A stretch of 64,000 bases of DNA from an uncultured bacterium (GCA_964529445.1 CAZGWJ010000003.1:5592-69591), one strand, 5' to 3'; positions 38,286 through 48,586 are shown, counted from the stretch's first letter. Notes: generated by a model not told the origin, from the sequence alone. A program made the numbers and translations.

Positions 38286-39434
38286 CTATCCATAACGCCG
38301 CTGAGCGGGATCTTTGTCTTTCAGTCTGAACACATCAAGCGCGGTACCACCGTCGCCCAATTGAGCGCGTATACCTCTGAAAATCTCGTCCTGAAGAATA
38401 TCAAAATCGAAATCGACTAAAGCGGCATTCTCATGTGCCTTCTGGAGACATTGAGGATAAAAAGGCACGGGGAATCCGTTGATAGCGTCAGCCAACATGT
38501 ATCCAACGATCGCATCCGCGTTTGCTACCTGCGGCATGAATATATCCACTGGCCATATAGGATCGTTCGGCCTACTACCGAACTTAACAAAATACATCTT
38601 TCCACCCACGAATTTATTGATCTCCCCACTCCCGAAGTTATCATCACTCCCGCGCGCGTACTCATCCCAAACATATGCATTTCGCTCGAGCTCACGATCA
38701 ATTTCAGCATAAGCGGGATAGTTCGTTTGAAGAATACCCTCGATAGCCATGATCAGCCTATACCGATCCAGTACCTTGCTGGATTTGCACACGCCGGTCA
38801 GATATATACGCCTATGACTTTTCTTATAGTGTGCTTCGATCGAGCCTTCTATACCCTTCAGAAGCTTCGGGAACAAGTCGCCCGAGAACACCTTACTTCT
38901 CAGCAGTCCGTCACACACAAATATCGTATCTGTTGCAAATTCCTTGGTATGAAGTATGTGAAATAGAATCGCCCACTCTACCAATTCTCGATACACCTGC
39001 ACCCAGGAGGGGCTTACGGGTCGCCCAGGTTGTGGTTTACGGATCATCGGACTCAATTGAGTGATATTGTTCAGATTCAAAAAGGACATCATGTAACCCA
39101 GGGATGTTTTGGGTTTTCCAGAAGGATCAAATTGGCGAGCACTTAATCGATCCATGTCCATTGTGGGAGATACAACATCCAGACAATATTCGTTGTTGCT
39201 TGAGTCTACGACCCTTATTAACTGAACCAAAAACGGGTCGAATTGGATGCTGTTATTACCGCCATCTGTTCCCACCAAAGAAAAGGAGGTCGTCGATCTC
39301 GGTTGAATACGACGGACTTTTGAGGCCAACAAGCGCACTTCAGTACGCAATTGATCTATAAGGCCATGATCATCCGTTATCTGATCACGTATGCTTTTTC
39401 GCAGTTCTTCAATGCTATGAGGATCTATCGCCAT
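38286..39434 (-). CDS. NurA-like nuclease domain protein
   Basis: FSLVGTDGG and IFVCDGLL resemble the NurA Asp-containing motifs. It lies 8 nt upstream of the HerA-like gene, the usual HerA-NurA pairing. Confidence 0.45.
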   Translation of the reverse strand: MAIDPHSIEELRKSIRDQITDDHGLIDQLRTEVRLLASKVRRIQPRSTTSFSLVGTDGGNNSIQFDPFLVQLIRVVDSSNNEYCLDVVSPTMDMDRLSARQFDPSGKPKTSLGYMMSFLNLNNITQLSPMIRKPQPGRPVSPSWVQVYRELVEWAILFHILHTKEFATDTIFVCDGLLRSKVFSGDLFPKLLKGIEGSIEAHYKKSHRRIYLTGVCKSSKVLDRYRLIMAIEGILQTNYPAYAEIDRELERNAYVWDEYARGSDDNFGSGEINKFVGGKMYFVKFGSRPNDPIWPVDIFMPQVANADAIVGYMLADAINGFPVPFYPQCLQKAHENAALVDFDFDILQDEIFRGIRAQLGDGGTALDVFRLKDKDPAQRRYG

Positions 39435-39587
39435 TACTTCGCCTCATTTTGCCAGCAGGACTGTGAACGTTTTTAGGCGCAACGACACAATTTCAGCAGG
39501 TAGTTAGTCTTTTTGGCATTTTAGACCTCTGGGTCGGTTGCGTCTCTATATTTTCGATCTATAAGGCATTTTTTATATAACTCCAGC

Positions 39588-41774
39588 TTAAACTCCAGCC
39601 CTTTTGTCCTGCATATCTTCCAGAAATTCCGAGGCAGGGTTGATGCCTGTTATGAGGAGATGGTCACGCGCTCGGGTACACGCCACATAAAGCAGATGCC
39701 TTTCGGTGATGTATACATCCTCCAAATCCGCCTCATCTGCTATTGAGCTTATGCGAGATTGAAGTGGTATTACTTCATCATCACAAGCCATTACAACGAC
39801 CGCTTTGAATTCCAGTCCTTTTGCAAGATGCATTGTCCCTATGGATACTTTCCCGCCGGTTGTCTCTACGTTTTCATCCAGGAGCTTGTATTCAACACCC
39901 GCATTTTTGATGGCGGAAACGGCCCGCTCCATCTGGGCCTCCGATCGCACGAATACGCCCAACTCATGCGGTTCCACTCCCTCATCTCTCAACTGCTTTA
40001 CCCAGGCACTCACCTGCTTACCCTCGTCCGCTGTATTCTCGCAGATTCTAATTATCGGCGCGGGTCCGTTGAATACGGATACTGTGTTTCCTCTTTCCTC
40101 ACTGTTTCCATCCGCATCCGTTACCTCGGGTGCTAAGAGCCGATCCACGCGTGTACGGATCTGGTGGGATGTACGGTAGTTAACGTTCAAGGTGAAAGAG
40201 CGCCCCTGGATATTTACGCCGAGTGCCTTCCATGAGAATGGCAACTGGAATATCCGCTGTCCCAGGTCACCCGTAAAGAACAGTCTGTTTGGTTTATCGG
40301 CGCCCAACGCCGCCAAGAAGCGTAAGTGGGCCACACCCAAGTCCTGTGCCTCATCCGCGACAGCGTAGTCGAAAGGTGGATTACTACTTTCTCTGATGGA
40401 TTGCGCCAGTCTGGTGAACATTCCGGAATAAGTAAGAAGACCCTGCTCGCCAAGCCTCTTCCTCGCTTTATCAAATATTGCCCAAAGAATCTGTCGTTGC
40501 CCTTCTGATAATCGTGTTTTCCGTCCCAATCGGATCACATCTCGATATGCCTCCCAAGTCTCCAATTGCCAGGCATCCACCACTTGGTCCCATTCCATCT
40601 TGATAAACGCCAGACTGAATTTGTGACCGCCTACTTCGGCAGATGCGTCTTGCAAATATCCATTCACTTTATCCTTCGCGGCAATACCTACCTGGCCTAT
40701 TCGAGATTTATATAGACGGTGTCCTATTGCATCAATTGAGCATACTTCTAGCCTCTCTGCTAATCGTGGTTCAGCGCTGATCAAACGCCGTAGTTGTGCG
40801 TGGAGCGCATTGGCCAACACTTCCGTGTGCGTTGTCATTAAAACGCGGGCTTCGGGGTTAGTTCGCGCCAGATAAACGGCCCGATGCAATGCAACCACTG
40901 TTTTGCCAGTACCGGCTGAGCCAGTTACCCTCGCAGGTCCGCCATACTTTTTCTCAATCAGCTCTCTCTGATCCGGATGAAGGAAAATAGTCCACTTATC
41001 CCACGGATATTCCAGAGCCATCTTTAGTTCTTCGATATTCTTGATTAATCGGAATCGCCGCTTAGCATCCGGGTGTTCAAAAGGATTTGAAGTTAAGTGC
41101 TCAGTGCTCTCATGCGTCGTGTTCACCATGCCACTAATCGCCGCTGGAACAGTACAGAACATCGCCCCTTTAAGCATAGGCTCCATAACACCGCCGACAG
41201 CAACGCTTGGCGTTTTCGGGTGACCACCCGTAGCCAATTCCAGGAGTGATTCAGCCGCTTCGCTTGGCAAATGATCTGCTATATTCAAGATCGTATCTTC
41301 GGTCGCTTTCTTAACATCCTTCATCCATTCGAGTGGCACGCCCAGTCGCAATATCGCCTCATCGGGTATGTTCGAGAACAAAGGCGGTTTTTCAGGCTTC
41401 GGATATTCCACTTCCTTGTATTTAGGTATGAACACTTCCTTTACCGTCTCACGCACTTCAACGATCTGCGCCGCGCCTGTTTTGGGGTGCGTTTCAATCT
41501 TCCTGGTTTCAGCCCATTGATATGCCTTGTCGTGGTGGGCAACGTAGCACAACAAATAGCTGTTCTCTTTGCGATGAACGACCATGCGAATATCCCGCCC
41601 AACACGCGCGGACCAGAAATTCCGATCTCTCGAATGATCGATCTTGTGAAAGCTCAGACTTGGCAGGGTGGGATCTAATTGAAAATCCGTCACAGCTATT
41701 TTGGCGGCTTTTTGGTCCTCATTCGTCAATCGCCCCAAACTCTCAGTAAACGTATCGGCAATATACAGTTCCAT
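39588..41774 (-). CDS. UvrD-like SF1 helicase with an N-terminal ParE/RelE-like toxin-fold domain
   Basis: The N-terminal 90 aa (...FHKIDHSRDRNFWSARVGRDIRMVVHRKENSYLLCYVAHHDKAY) follow the RelE/ParE pattern. Helicase motifs: GSAGTGKT, VADEAQD, YVACTRAR. The ATG at 41774 overlaps the mod stop. Confidence 0.6.
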   Translation of the reverse strand: MELYIADTFTESLGRLTNEDQKAAKIAVTDFQLDPTLPSLSFHKIDHSRDRNFWSARVGRDIRMVVHRKENSYLLCYVAHHDKAYQWAETRKIETHPKTGAAQIVEVRETVKEVFIPKYKEVEYPKPEKPPLFSNIPDEAILRLGVPLEWMKDVKKATEDTILNIADHLPSEAAESLLELATGGHPKTPSVAVGGVMEPMLKGAMFCTVPAAISGMVNTTHESTEHLTSNPFEHPDAKRRFRLIKNIEELKMALEYPWDKWTIFLHPDQRELIEKKYGGPARVTGSAGTGKTVVALHRAVYLARTNPEARVLMTTHTEVLANALHAQLRRLISAEPRLAERLEVCSIDAIGHRLYKSRIGQVGIAAKDKVNGYLQDASAEVGGHKFSLAFIKMEWDQVVDAWQLETWEAYRDVIRLGRKTRLSEGQRQILWAIFDKARKRLGEQGLLTYSGMFTRLAQSIRESSNPPFDYAVADEAQDLGVAHLRFLAALGADKPNRLFFTGDLGQRIFQLPFSWKALGVNIQGRSFTLNVNYRTSHQIRTRVDRLLAPEVTDADGNSEERGNTVSVFNGPAPIIRICENTADEGKQVSAWVKQLRDEGVEPHELGVFVRSEAQMERAVSAIKNAGVEYKLLDENVETTGGKVSIGTMHLAKGLEFKAVVVMACDDEVIPLQSRISSIADEADLEDVYITERHLLYVACTRARDHLLITGINPASEFLEDMQDKRAGV

Positions 41775-44563
41775 CACTTTACCTTGAAGACCTTCATCAC
41801 TTCATCACCTAGGTGGTTAATGACTTTAACAGCAATACGTCCCGATTTCGGCTTTTCGAATGGCCTGGACGTATCGCTATGTAACGTCTCCCAGGCCTCC
41901 TTGTTGATCTCCGCTTTCAAGGTGGTTTTCAGGGAGCTATAGGGATCATTAGCACCCAAAAAGTATGCATGTCGTACGAAAAAGCTTTCTTCATTGTAAT
42001 CAGTATCGATGAACCAACACGCAATGCCGTCAGCACCATTACTCTCCACTTCCCCAGTACTAGGATGAAACACATCCACACCTTTGATCTTCACCTGCAC
42101 CCTTCCATCCTTTGTTGACAACAGATCGATATCCGGCTCACCAAATATGACAAATAGGTTGCCCTTGCCAGTATTTTTAAGATCCTCCGACATATGAAGG
42201 TCCGCATTCATCCTGGCCTTGAGAACCGGGATTCTACCAAGCTTGTTAAACTCGGTTGCATGAGCCTCATAATTGAACGCACACGTAATGAGGACATCAA
42301 AATCAGCATCTCCCGCCTCTTTAGCCGCCTCAACCAGGTCGGCCCGCAGAACTGTTCCAAATTCCGGGCCAATAAAAACAGCGGCGCGCCTCTCCTTTTC
42401 GCCCTCCATATATCGCCCTTCAGCACAGATAAATGATCCCGGCCATGGAGTTAGGGCAGTAAACGTAATTTTATCTTCCTTGTGAGCCTGCTGAACGCCA
42501 GCCACCTTCAAATTTTCCAATATCATTTGAACAAAGGTCTGCTTCTCACTATATTCAGCAGCCTTTTCAGATGCCTGATCAATCAATTCGTCATTTTCAT
42601 CAACACCCAGCATCCTATGTGGCGAAAGACTCTCGACTGTAAATGGCCCGGCGACACGCACCTTGTTCTTATCCTCAAATGGCTTGTCATATAGATATTC
42701 ATATTCCGCCTTTGAAGCGATTGATGCATCAATTTCTTTCTGCCGCGCAATTCTATTTTCCCACCACTCAGCATGATATTTCTTCGCATTTGCATTCCAT
42801 TTCGGATCTACATCACGAGATATTTCCCACTCTTGCAACTTATCTCTCACTTCATTATTCAATCGTTCACGCAGCGGTTCTAATACCTTTTGCCACTTAT
42901 CCCAAATGACGTCGATTTCAGCATTATTAGCTATTGATTTGAGCGTTATGTGCGGTACGCGTTCATAAACAAATCCATGCCGTATATCACCAATCGTAGG
43001 TTTTGTACTGGGCGCGGTTCGTGTTAGCTCACTTTCTTTGAGTTGCCCTTCGTGCGAATCGGAGAGAAGGTAATATGGATATCTCGCGCCCATAACACGC
43101 GTCCGAGCCAATGCAAGTGCTACACGAGAAGTGTCTATTGTTATCCATCTTCTTCCCCATTGTTCAGAGATATACGCTGTTGTTCCTGATCCACAAGTGG
43201 GATCAAGAACAAGGTCTCCTGGATCCGTTGTCATAAGAATACAACGTTGTATAACTTCCGGTAGTGTTTGAACAACGTATATCTTGTCCGATGTAAAACC
43301 GGATACACCCGTATCTAACCATGTAGCATTAATTGGTTTAACTGAGTAATCATCGAAATATCTCTTATAGCTAACAGTTTGTCCGCTAGTAATTAAACGC
43401 ATTGCTCGTCTCAAACGTTGCATTCCCAAAGGATAGCTGGCCTTCCAATGGGCGTTTTTTGCCGGAATATATGTACGGCCATTGATCTCCAGTGGCGTTT
43501 CAGTACCCGTCGAACCTTGACCCGTCGCATCGCCATAACGCCATATACGTACGCCCGAAGGTATTTGCTCAACACCACTCTGTTGTCCGCTTGACATTAC
43601 CGTCGTAATATACTTTCCATCTTCGAGCATTCGGTAATTGTTATCTTCAACATAACTTTTCGTTGTGTACAAGTTACGTATTTTTGTGCTCGATGTACTT
43701 TTTGAATACCAAAGTATATTATCCCCTATTCTGCTCAACCCTTTTGTGGCGAACCCACCTGTTGTTCTGTATAGAATTGTAGAAATATAATTGTCCTCCC
43801 CAAACACTTCGTCCATTAAAGCGCGTATGCGATGTATATTCTCATCCCCAATTTGCACAAACACTGAACCCGTTTCAGTTAGCAAATCTAAAGCAATAGT
43901 TAAGCGATCCCGCAAATAAGTTAAATAACTATGAATATTATCTCTCCACGTATCGCGGAATGCCTTAACCTGCTCAGGTTCACGCGTAATGTGGCCCGCA
44001 TTTCCATCTTTCACATCGCGGCTTGTAGTACTCCACTGAAAATTGCTGTTAAACTTAATACCATACGGGGGATCAATGTAAATACACTGCACCTTTCCTC
44101 GCAACCCCTCTCTTTCGCACATACTTGCCATTACCTGCAAGGAATCACCCAAAATCATACGATTAGACCAATTCTGATCGTGCTGGTAAAATTCCGTTTT
44201 ATCAACGCCCTTAGGAATCCCGTTAAAATCAGCAAACAAATCAGGTGTATATTCTCCCGCCTCATGTTCGCTTTCCCGCGTTTGGCGCAACAAGTCATCA
44301 ATGAGTGCCTTAGGATGAACCTTCTCTTGAATATACAGGGGCGGTACATTAACTACCAAATCACTCCAATTCTGAACATCTTTTCCTCGCCATACCAATT
44401 GTGGATCCAAATCACGATTACGCCTCACATAGGCCTTTTGAAAAGGCGTCTGATCCTTGTTCTCTAATATCGATTGATATTCAGCTGTCGGTATGTTTTT
44501 ACGCTTGGCCTCATCGTGTTTAATGGCCTCTACCGACTTGCCCGAGCTTTTCTTCTTGGCCAT
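41774..44563 (-). CDS. Type III restriction-modification methyltransferase (Mod, beta-class N6-adenine) with an extended C-terminal region
   Basis: NRMILGDSLQVM, motif IV IYIDPPYGIKF and motif I LVLDPTCGSGTTAYISEQWGRRWITID. At 929 aa it is longer than a typical Mod. Confidence 0.7.
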   Translation of the reverse strand: MAKKKSSGKSVEAIKHDEAKRKNIPTAEYQSILENKDQTPFQKAYVRRNRDLDPQLVWRGKDVQNWSDLVVNVPPLYIQEKVHPKALIDDLLRQTRESEHEAGEYTPDLFADFNGIPKGVDKTEFYQHDQNWSNRMILGDSLQVMASMCEREGLRGKVQCIYIDPPYGIKFNSNFQWSTTSRDVKDGNAGHITREPEQVKAFRDTWRDNIHSYLTYLRDRLTIALDLLTETGSVFVQIGDENIHRIRALMDEVFGEDNYISTILYRTTGGFATKGLSRIGDNILWYSKSTSSTKIRNLYTTKSYVEDNNYRMLEDGKYITTVMSSGQQSGVEQIPSGVRIWRYGDATGQGSTGTETPLEINGRTYIPAKNAHWKASYPLGMQRLRRAMRLITSGQTVSYKRYFDDYSVKPINATWLDTGVSGFTSDKIYVVQTLPEVIQRCILMTTDPGDLVLDPTCGSGTTAYISEQWGRRWITIDTSRVALALARTRVMGARYPYYLLSDSHEGQLKESELTRTAPSTKPTIGDIRHGFVYERVPHITLKSIANNAEIDVIWDKWQKVLEPLRERLNNEVRDKLQEWEISRDVDPKWNANAKKYHAEWWENRIARQKEIDASIASKAEYEYLYDKPFEDKNKVRVAGPFTVESLSPHRMLGVDENDELIDQASEKAAEYSEKQTFVQMILENLKVAGVQQAHKEDKITFTALTPWPGSFICAEGRYMEGEKERRAAVFIGPEFGTVLRADLVEAAKEAGDADFDVLITCAFNYEAHATEFNKLGRIPVLKARMNADLHMSEDLKNTGKGNLFVIFGEPDIDLLSTKDGRVQVKIKGVDVFHPSTGEVESNGADGIACWFIDTDYNEESFFVRHAYFLGANDPYSSLKTTLKAEINKEAWETLHSDTSRPFEKPKSGRIAVKVINHLGDEVMKVFKVK

Positions 44564-44564
44564 T

Positions 44565-47500
44565 TCACAATCCTCGTTGCGTTGTATTGGCGTTTGTCTG
44601 CTCTAGCATTTTTCCAAACAACCCTTCAACTTTTGCTTTGAAATCAGCTTCAATTTGATAAACCTCAGTTAATTCAGCGAAAGCCCATCTCCCATATCTT
44701 TTTGTATAGTTCACGCCAGGTACCCAGTAATTCTCCATGGTGGCCTTCTTGTCCTTCGCGTCTTCTCCTCGATATCCCTTAATCTCAACCACGAGATTTA
44801 GTAAATCATCGTCTCCATGACCGTCATCCACATGCACTATGAAATCCGGCCGGTATTTGCGCGTTTCCGAACCATAACGATACGGAACTTCAAATCCCAG
44901 ACTATGATTCTTCACATAGGACTTAACTCGAGGGTGATTTTCCGCAACGCGACAGAATTCACCCTCCCAGTCACTATCCAATATGACCCAGTTGATATGG
45001 CACTTACGACTATCCGTTTCCCAGCGATTTGTCTTCGTCGTGAAGAAATTAACATGGATACTGGAACCAACAGGATTATATGGATCAAGCACAACAGTAA
45101 TTGGCCGTTCACCCACGAAAGCTCGTGTAATGGCTGCCGTGATCCGCTCACATGCCATATCTGCCAACATCTTGTAGCGCAGTTGGGCGGGAAATGTACC
45201 GCCCCTACAAACCAAGCATTCCTCAAGCCATTGCCTGGCAATACGCTTTAATTGCCCGAAGTGCTGAAGCTGCGGCTCACCACCGGGATCTCGCCACTTG
45301 GTCAATACCAGATGTGACACAAGTTCGTATAGTATTTGCGACGGACGCACATCTCCGGTATGCACCAAGTTCAAATCGGTTCTCTCGCCAATAATCCCGG
45401 AATTCTGTGTCTCTGTGGCTCCCACAAGATCAGGCGTTAAAACCAGCTTAGAATCTTCGTTGAATTTGGCCTGTAACTTTTCTTCAGGGAGTTCCACGCG
45501 ATACCCAACAACCCTAGGGAATTTGATTTCCAAAGCGTCCCTCTCGGGACTAATGGCCTGGACATGGATCGTTTCCCTCGGTGCTTGCGGCGGTGCCACA
45601 ACCGGCTTAGCCGTGAAATCGAAAGGAATGCCAAGAATATCGGCGTACTCCACACTGAATAAGCCCTTATTGGGGCCATCCGTATTCAGATCATATGATT
45701 GGCGACGCAATGCCCGCCCGATAACCTGCTCGCAAAGAAGTTGTGTGCCAAAAGCCCTGACACCGAGTACATGGGTAACAGTGCTTGCATCCCACCCCTC
45801 GGTGAGCATTGAAACCGAGACCACACAACGGATCGAACCACCTAATCTTCCCTCTTTACCGACCGTATTCATTGCCTCGCGGAGAAGTTCTTGATCTGTG
45901 ATGTTCTCCGCCTGCTTCGGATCACCTGTCCGCTCGATGATCTCTCTTCTGAACCTCTCTATTTCTTCCGCCGCCATCTTGTGGAAATTGTCATCCAACA
46001 CTTCGCCAGACTCCAATTGTTCGCTATCAACTAAGAGAGTATTTGGGCGGGCATACGGGTTTCCGTTATCATCAAAATTGCGGAACAAAGCCAAACGCCC
46101 GTTATTAAACGACTTGGAACTGTCTTCATTCTCCTTATAAAAACCCGATATGTAGTCATATACCAGTTTTGAGGTGGATGTGTTGTTGCAAACCACGATG
46201 AAACAAGGCGGAACCCTGATGCCGGCCTTCTGCCACAGATCGTACGTCTTCTCGTAATGCCCATAGAGGGCTTCAAGTGCAGTTTGCAACTGCGGTGGAA
46301 TACTCAACGGATCCAACGAACCAGCGTTTCCCCTCCCTTTCTTCGGCATTTTCTTGCCTATGTGCTCCCACAGATTTCGAAACATAGGCATCTCGCTGCC
46401 CGGAATATTGTCGGCCACAGGCACTCTCGGCAATTTAACAATGCCACACTCAATGGCATCCATCAGCGAAAAATCCGTCATCGTCCAAGGAAAAAGTGTT
46501 CCCTCGGCATAGCCAGATCCTCTTAAGAAGAAAGGCGTAGCCGACAGATCAAATATCTGAGAAATCCCCAGCTTTCTTTTTACGATCTCAAGGCCATTGA
46601 TCCATACCCGAGCGGCTTCGTTATTTTTCTCAGCCTCTTTCTTATCATCAGCCACCAATTCTTCATCGGATTCAGCCTCTGGTTTTTCACGATAGCAGTG
46701 ATGCGCTTCGTCATTTAAAACGACAACGTTCTTCATCCCCATCAATTCCGGCATCACCCTTTGCAACATTTGACCTTCGGTTTCAAGAGTATTCAGCTCC
46801 TCACCCCGGCCTTGCAAAAGGGAACGCCCACCCTTGGACAGTTCAATTCGCTCCTTGAGGTTCAATGCGTGGTAGTTGGTTATGACGATCTTCGCTTTTT
46901 TCAAATCATCCAGCATATCCATGGGGACTAATTCACGCTTGGCGTAATAGGCATCCGGATCATTAGGCTGGAGAACTCGCAGCCGGTCTTTAATGGTCAG
47001 CCCAGGTGAAACGATCAGAAAGCCGGTTGTGAATTTATGACTCTGTGGCCGACGTACAGCATTGATAGTTTGCCACGCTATCAACATAGCCATAACCGTA
47101 GTTTTGCCTGCACCGGTTGCCAGTTTTAGAGCAAGACGCATGAGTTCTGGATTGGCTTCACGGTTCGCATCAACCAAATGCTCCGTGAATATCTTGCCCT
47201 CTTTACCTAATTGTGGGGCTACTTCCGTCAACCATATGGCGGTTTCAACCGCTTCGATCTGACAGAAGAAAGGGCGTATGCCCGTATAGGGATAATGTCG
47301 CCAATGTTCAAGCAAACGCGCTGTCTCTGGCGATACACGCCAATAGTTGGAATTAGGCAGCTTTCTCCATTTATCCACCTCTTGGCGCAGTTGATTGATG
47401 ATCGGCGTAGGATCGTACTGCTGTAACTCTGTGGAGAGACCTCTACCTTCATCAAATATGATTTGTGCTTGTTCCGTCGTATCCCTTTGGCGTCTAGCCT

Positions 47501-47645
47501 TTGGGACCGGCACAATGAATTTGGCCGGTCTGCGAGATTCCATTATCGTTTGGGTAGGCTGGCCCTCGGAATCCAATTCCCAATGCCTGGCGGGATATTC
47601 ATAAGGTGAGTTTAAAATCGGCCGCTCAAAGAATGCTTCAGGCAT
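44565..47645 (-). CDS. Type III restriction enzyme Res subunit (SF2 helicase plus PD-(D/E)xK nuclease)
   Basis: N-terminus MPEAFFERPILNSPYEYPARHWELDSEGQPT is the conserved Res start. Walker A ATGAGKTTVM, DEAH box VVLNDEAHHC, and C-terminal RPDFIV...VVEIKG. The ATG at 47645 is preferred over the TTG at 47660. Confidence 0.75.
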   Translation of the reverse strand: MPEAFFERPILNSPYEYPARHWELDSEGQPTQTIMESRRPAKFIVPVPKARRQRDTTEQAQIIFDEGRGLSTELQQYDPTPIINQLRQEVDKWRKLPNSNYWRVSPETARLLEHWRHYPYTGIRPFFCQIEAVETAIWLTEVAPQLGKEGKIFTEHLVDANREANPELMRLALKLATGAGKTTVMAMLIAWQTINAVRRPQSHKFTTGFLIVSPGLTIKDRLRVLQPNDPDAYYAKRELVPMDMLDDLKKAKIVITNYHALNLKERIELSKGGRSLLQGRGEELNTLETEGQMLQRVMPELMGMKNVVVLNDEAHHCYREKPEAESDEELVADDKKEAEKNNEAARVWINGLEIVKRKLGISQIFDLSATPFFLRGSGYAEGTLFPWTMTDFSLMDAIECGIVKLPRVPVADNIPGSEMPMFRNLWEHIGKKMPKKGRGNAGSLDPLSIPPQLQTALEALYGHYEKTYDLWQKAGIRVPPCFIVVCNNTSTSKLVYDYISGFYKENEDSSKSFNNGRLALFRNFDDNGNPYARPNTLLVDSEQLESGEVLDDNFHKMAAEEIERFRREIIERTGDPKQAENITDQELLREAMNTVGKEGRLGGSIRCVVSVSMLTEGWDASTVTHVLGVRAFGTQLLCEQVIGRALRRQSYDLNTDGPNKGLFSVEYADILGIPFDFTAKPVVAPPQAPRETIHVQAISPERDALEIKFPRVVGYRVELPEEKLQAKFNEDSKLVLTPDLVGATETQNSGIIGERTDLNLVHTGDVRPSQILYELVSHLVLTKWRDPGGEPQLQHFGQLKRIARQWLEECLVCRGGTFPAQLRYKMLADMACERITAAITRAFVGERPITVVLDPYNPVGSSIHVNFFTTKTNRWETDSRKCHINWVILDSDWEGEFCRVAENHPRVKSYVKNHSLGFEVPYRYGSETRKYRPDFIVHVDDGHGDDDLLNLVVEIKGYRGEDAKDKKATMENYWVPGVNYTKRYGRWAFAELTEVYQIEADFKAKVEGLFGKMLEQTNANTTQRGL

Positions 47646-47778
47646 CGTTTTCAGCCCCAATCTTCTTGAATCTCAAAGCTATCTCCCACCTCATTTTTTC
47701 GACAGGATAAACAGATTACTACCGCCCACGTACACGGACAACCACGAAGTGGCAATCACAGAACATTTTGCAGGTATT

Positions 47779-48153
47779 CTACTGATCGAATACCTCCACA
47801 AAGTGTTTGGAAACTAATATCTTTGAAAACAAAGCATACCGTGGTCCGATAATCATGCCTTTCACACCATTAAGTGGCTCCTTGTTGCTGATGGGACCTA
47901 TGGTGTTGGGTTCGCCCTTATATGTGACAACCCATTTCTTGGGGCCATTCGAATTTTCGATCTTTGCAATAGTCGCCCAATGGGTTAACGAAGAAACCGG
48001 CGCCGACTGATATATCGCAATGTACTTAAGTTGTGGCGCGATCTGAGGATTGACGCTTATGCCATACCAGCACTTTTCGCCGATAAATACTTTATTGAAA
48101 TTCTCTACCTTCGCAGGAACAACAATGGTATCCCAATGTGGATTGATGACCAT
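47779..48153 (-). CDS. Hypothetical protein
   Basis: 124-aa ORF in AT-rich island DNA. Confidence 0.35.
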   Translation of the reverse strand: MVINPHWDTIVVPAKVENFNKVFIGEKCWYGISVNPQIAPQLKYIAIYQSAPVSSLTHWATIAKIENSNGPKKWVVTYKGEPNTIGPISNKEPLNGVKGMIIGPRYALFSKILVSKHFVEVFDQ

Positions 48154-48283
48154 TGCTTCCCTCTCGCGCTCAATGATCTAGATGGTTTAAATTATAGTCA
48201 TCCGCCTTGCCAAGACCCACGAAAAATGACCGTTCGAAGGCATATTTCTGTAATATATACTTATCATTTCTGAAGGGTCGTTC

Positions 48284-48463
48284 ATGGCAAAGCATGCAAA
48301 TAAAGATCCTCACGCGGTTGCTCTAGGACGTCGTGGTGGCCTAAAGGGTGGCCCTGCACGAGCCGCCAAAATGACAGCCGCTGAGCGTAAAAAGAGTGCC
48401 CAAAACGCCGTTAATGCCAGATGGGCTAAGTATCGAGAGTTGAATAAGCACCAAAACAAATAA
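48284..48463 (+). CDS. Small basic protein (59 aa)
   Basis: MAKHANKDPHAVALGRRGGLKGGPARAAKMTAAERKKSAQNAVNARWAKYRELNKHQNK. It is not in the ORF track because it is under 60 aa; found by reading the sequence. Confidence 0.3.
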   Translation: MAKHANKDPHAVALGRRGGLKGGPARAAKMTAAERKKSAQNAVNARWAKYRELNKHQNK

Positions 48464-48586
48464 TCTCCTTTTTCGTTCGGATATATTCATCTTGACTTAT
48501 ACGTGAGCGCTCTCGTATAATCTTCCCACGGTACGCTTTCCTAATACCCACGCCTTCATCAATAAAACTTTCTTTCGGAGGGCTTA

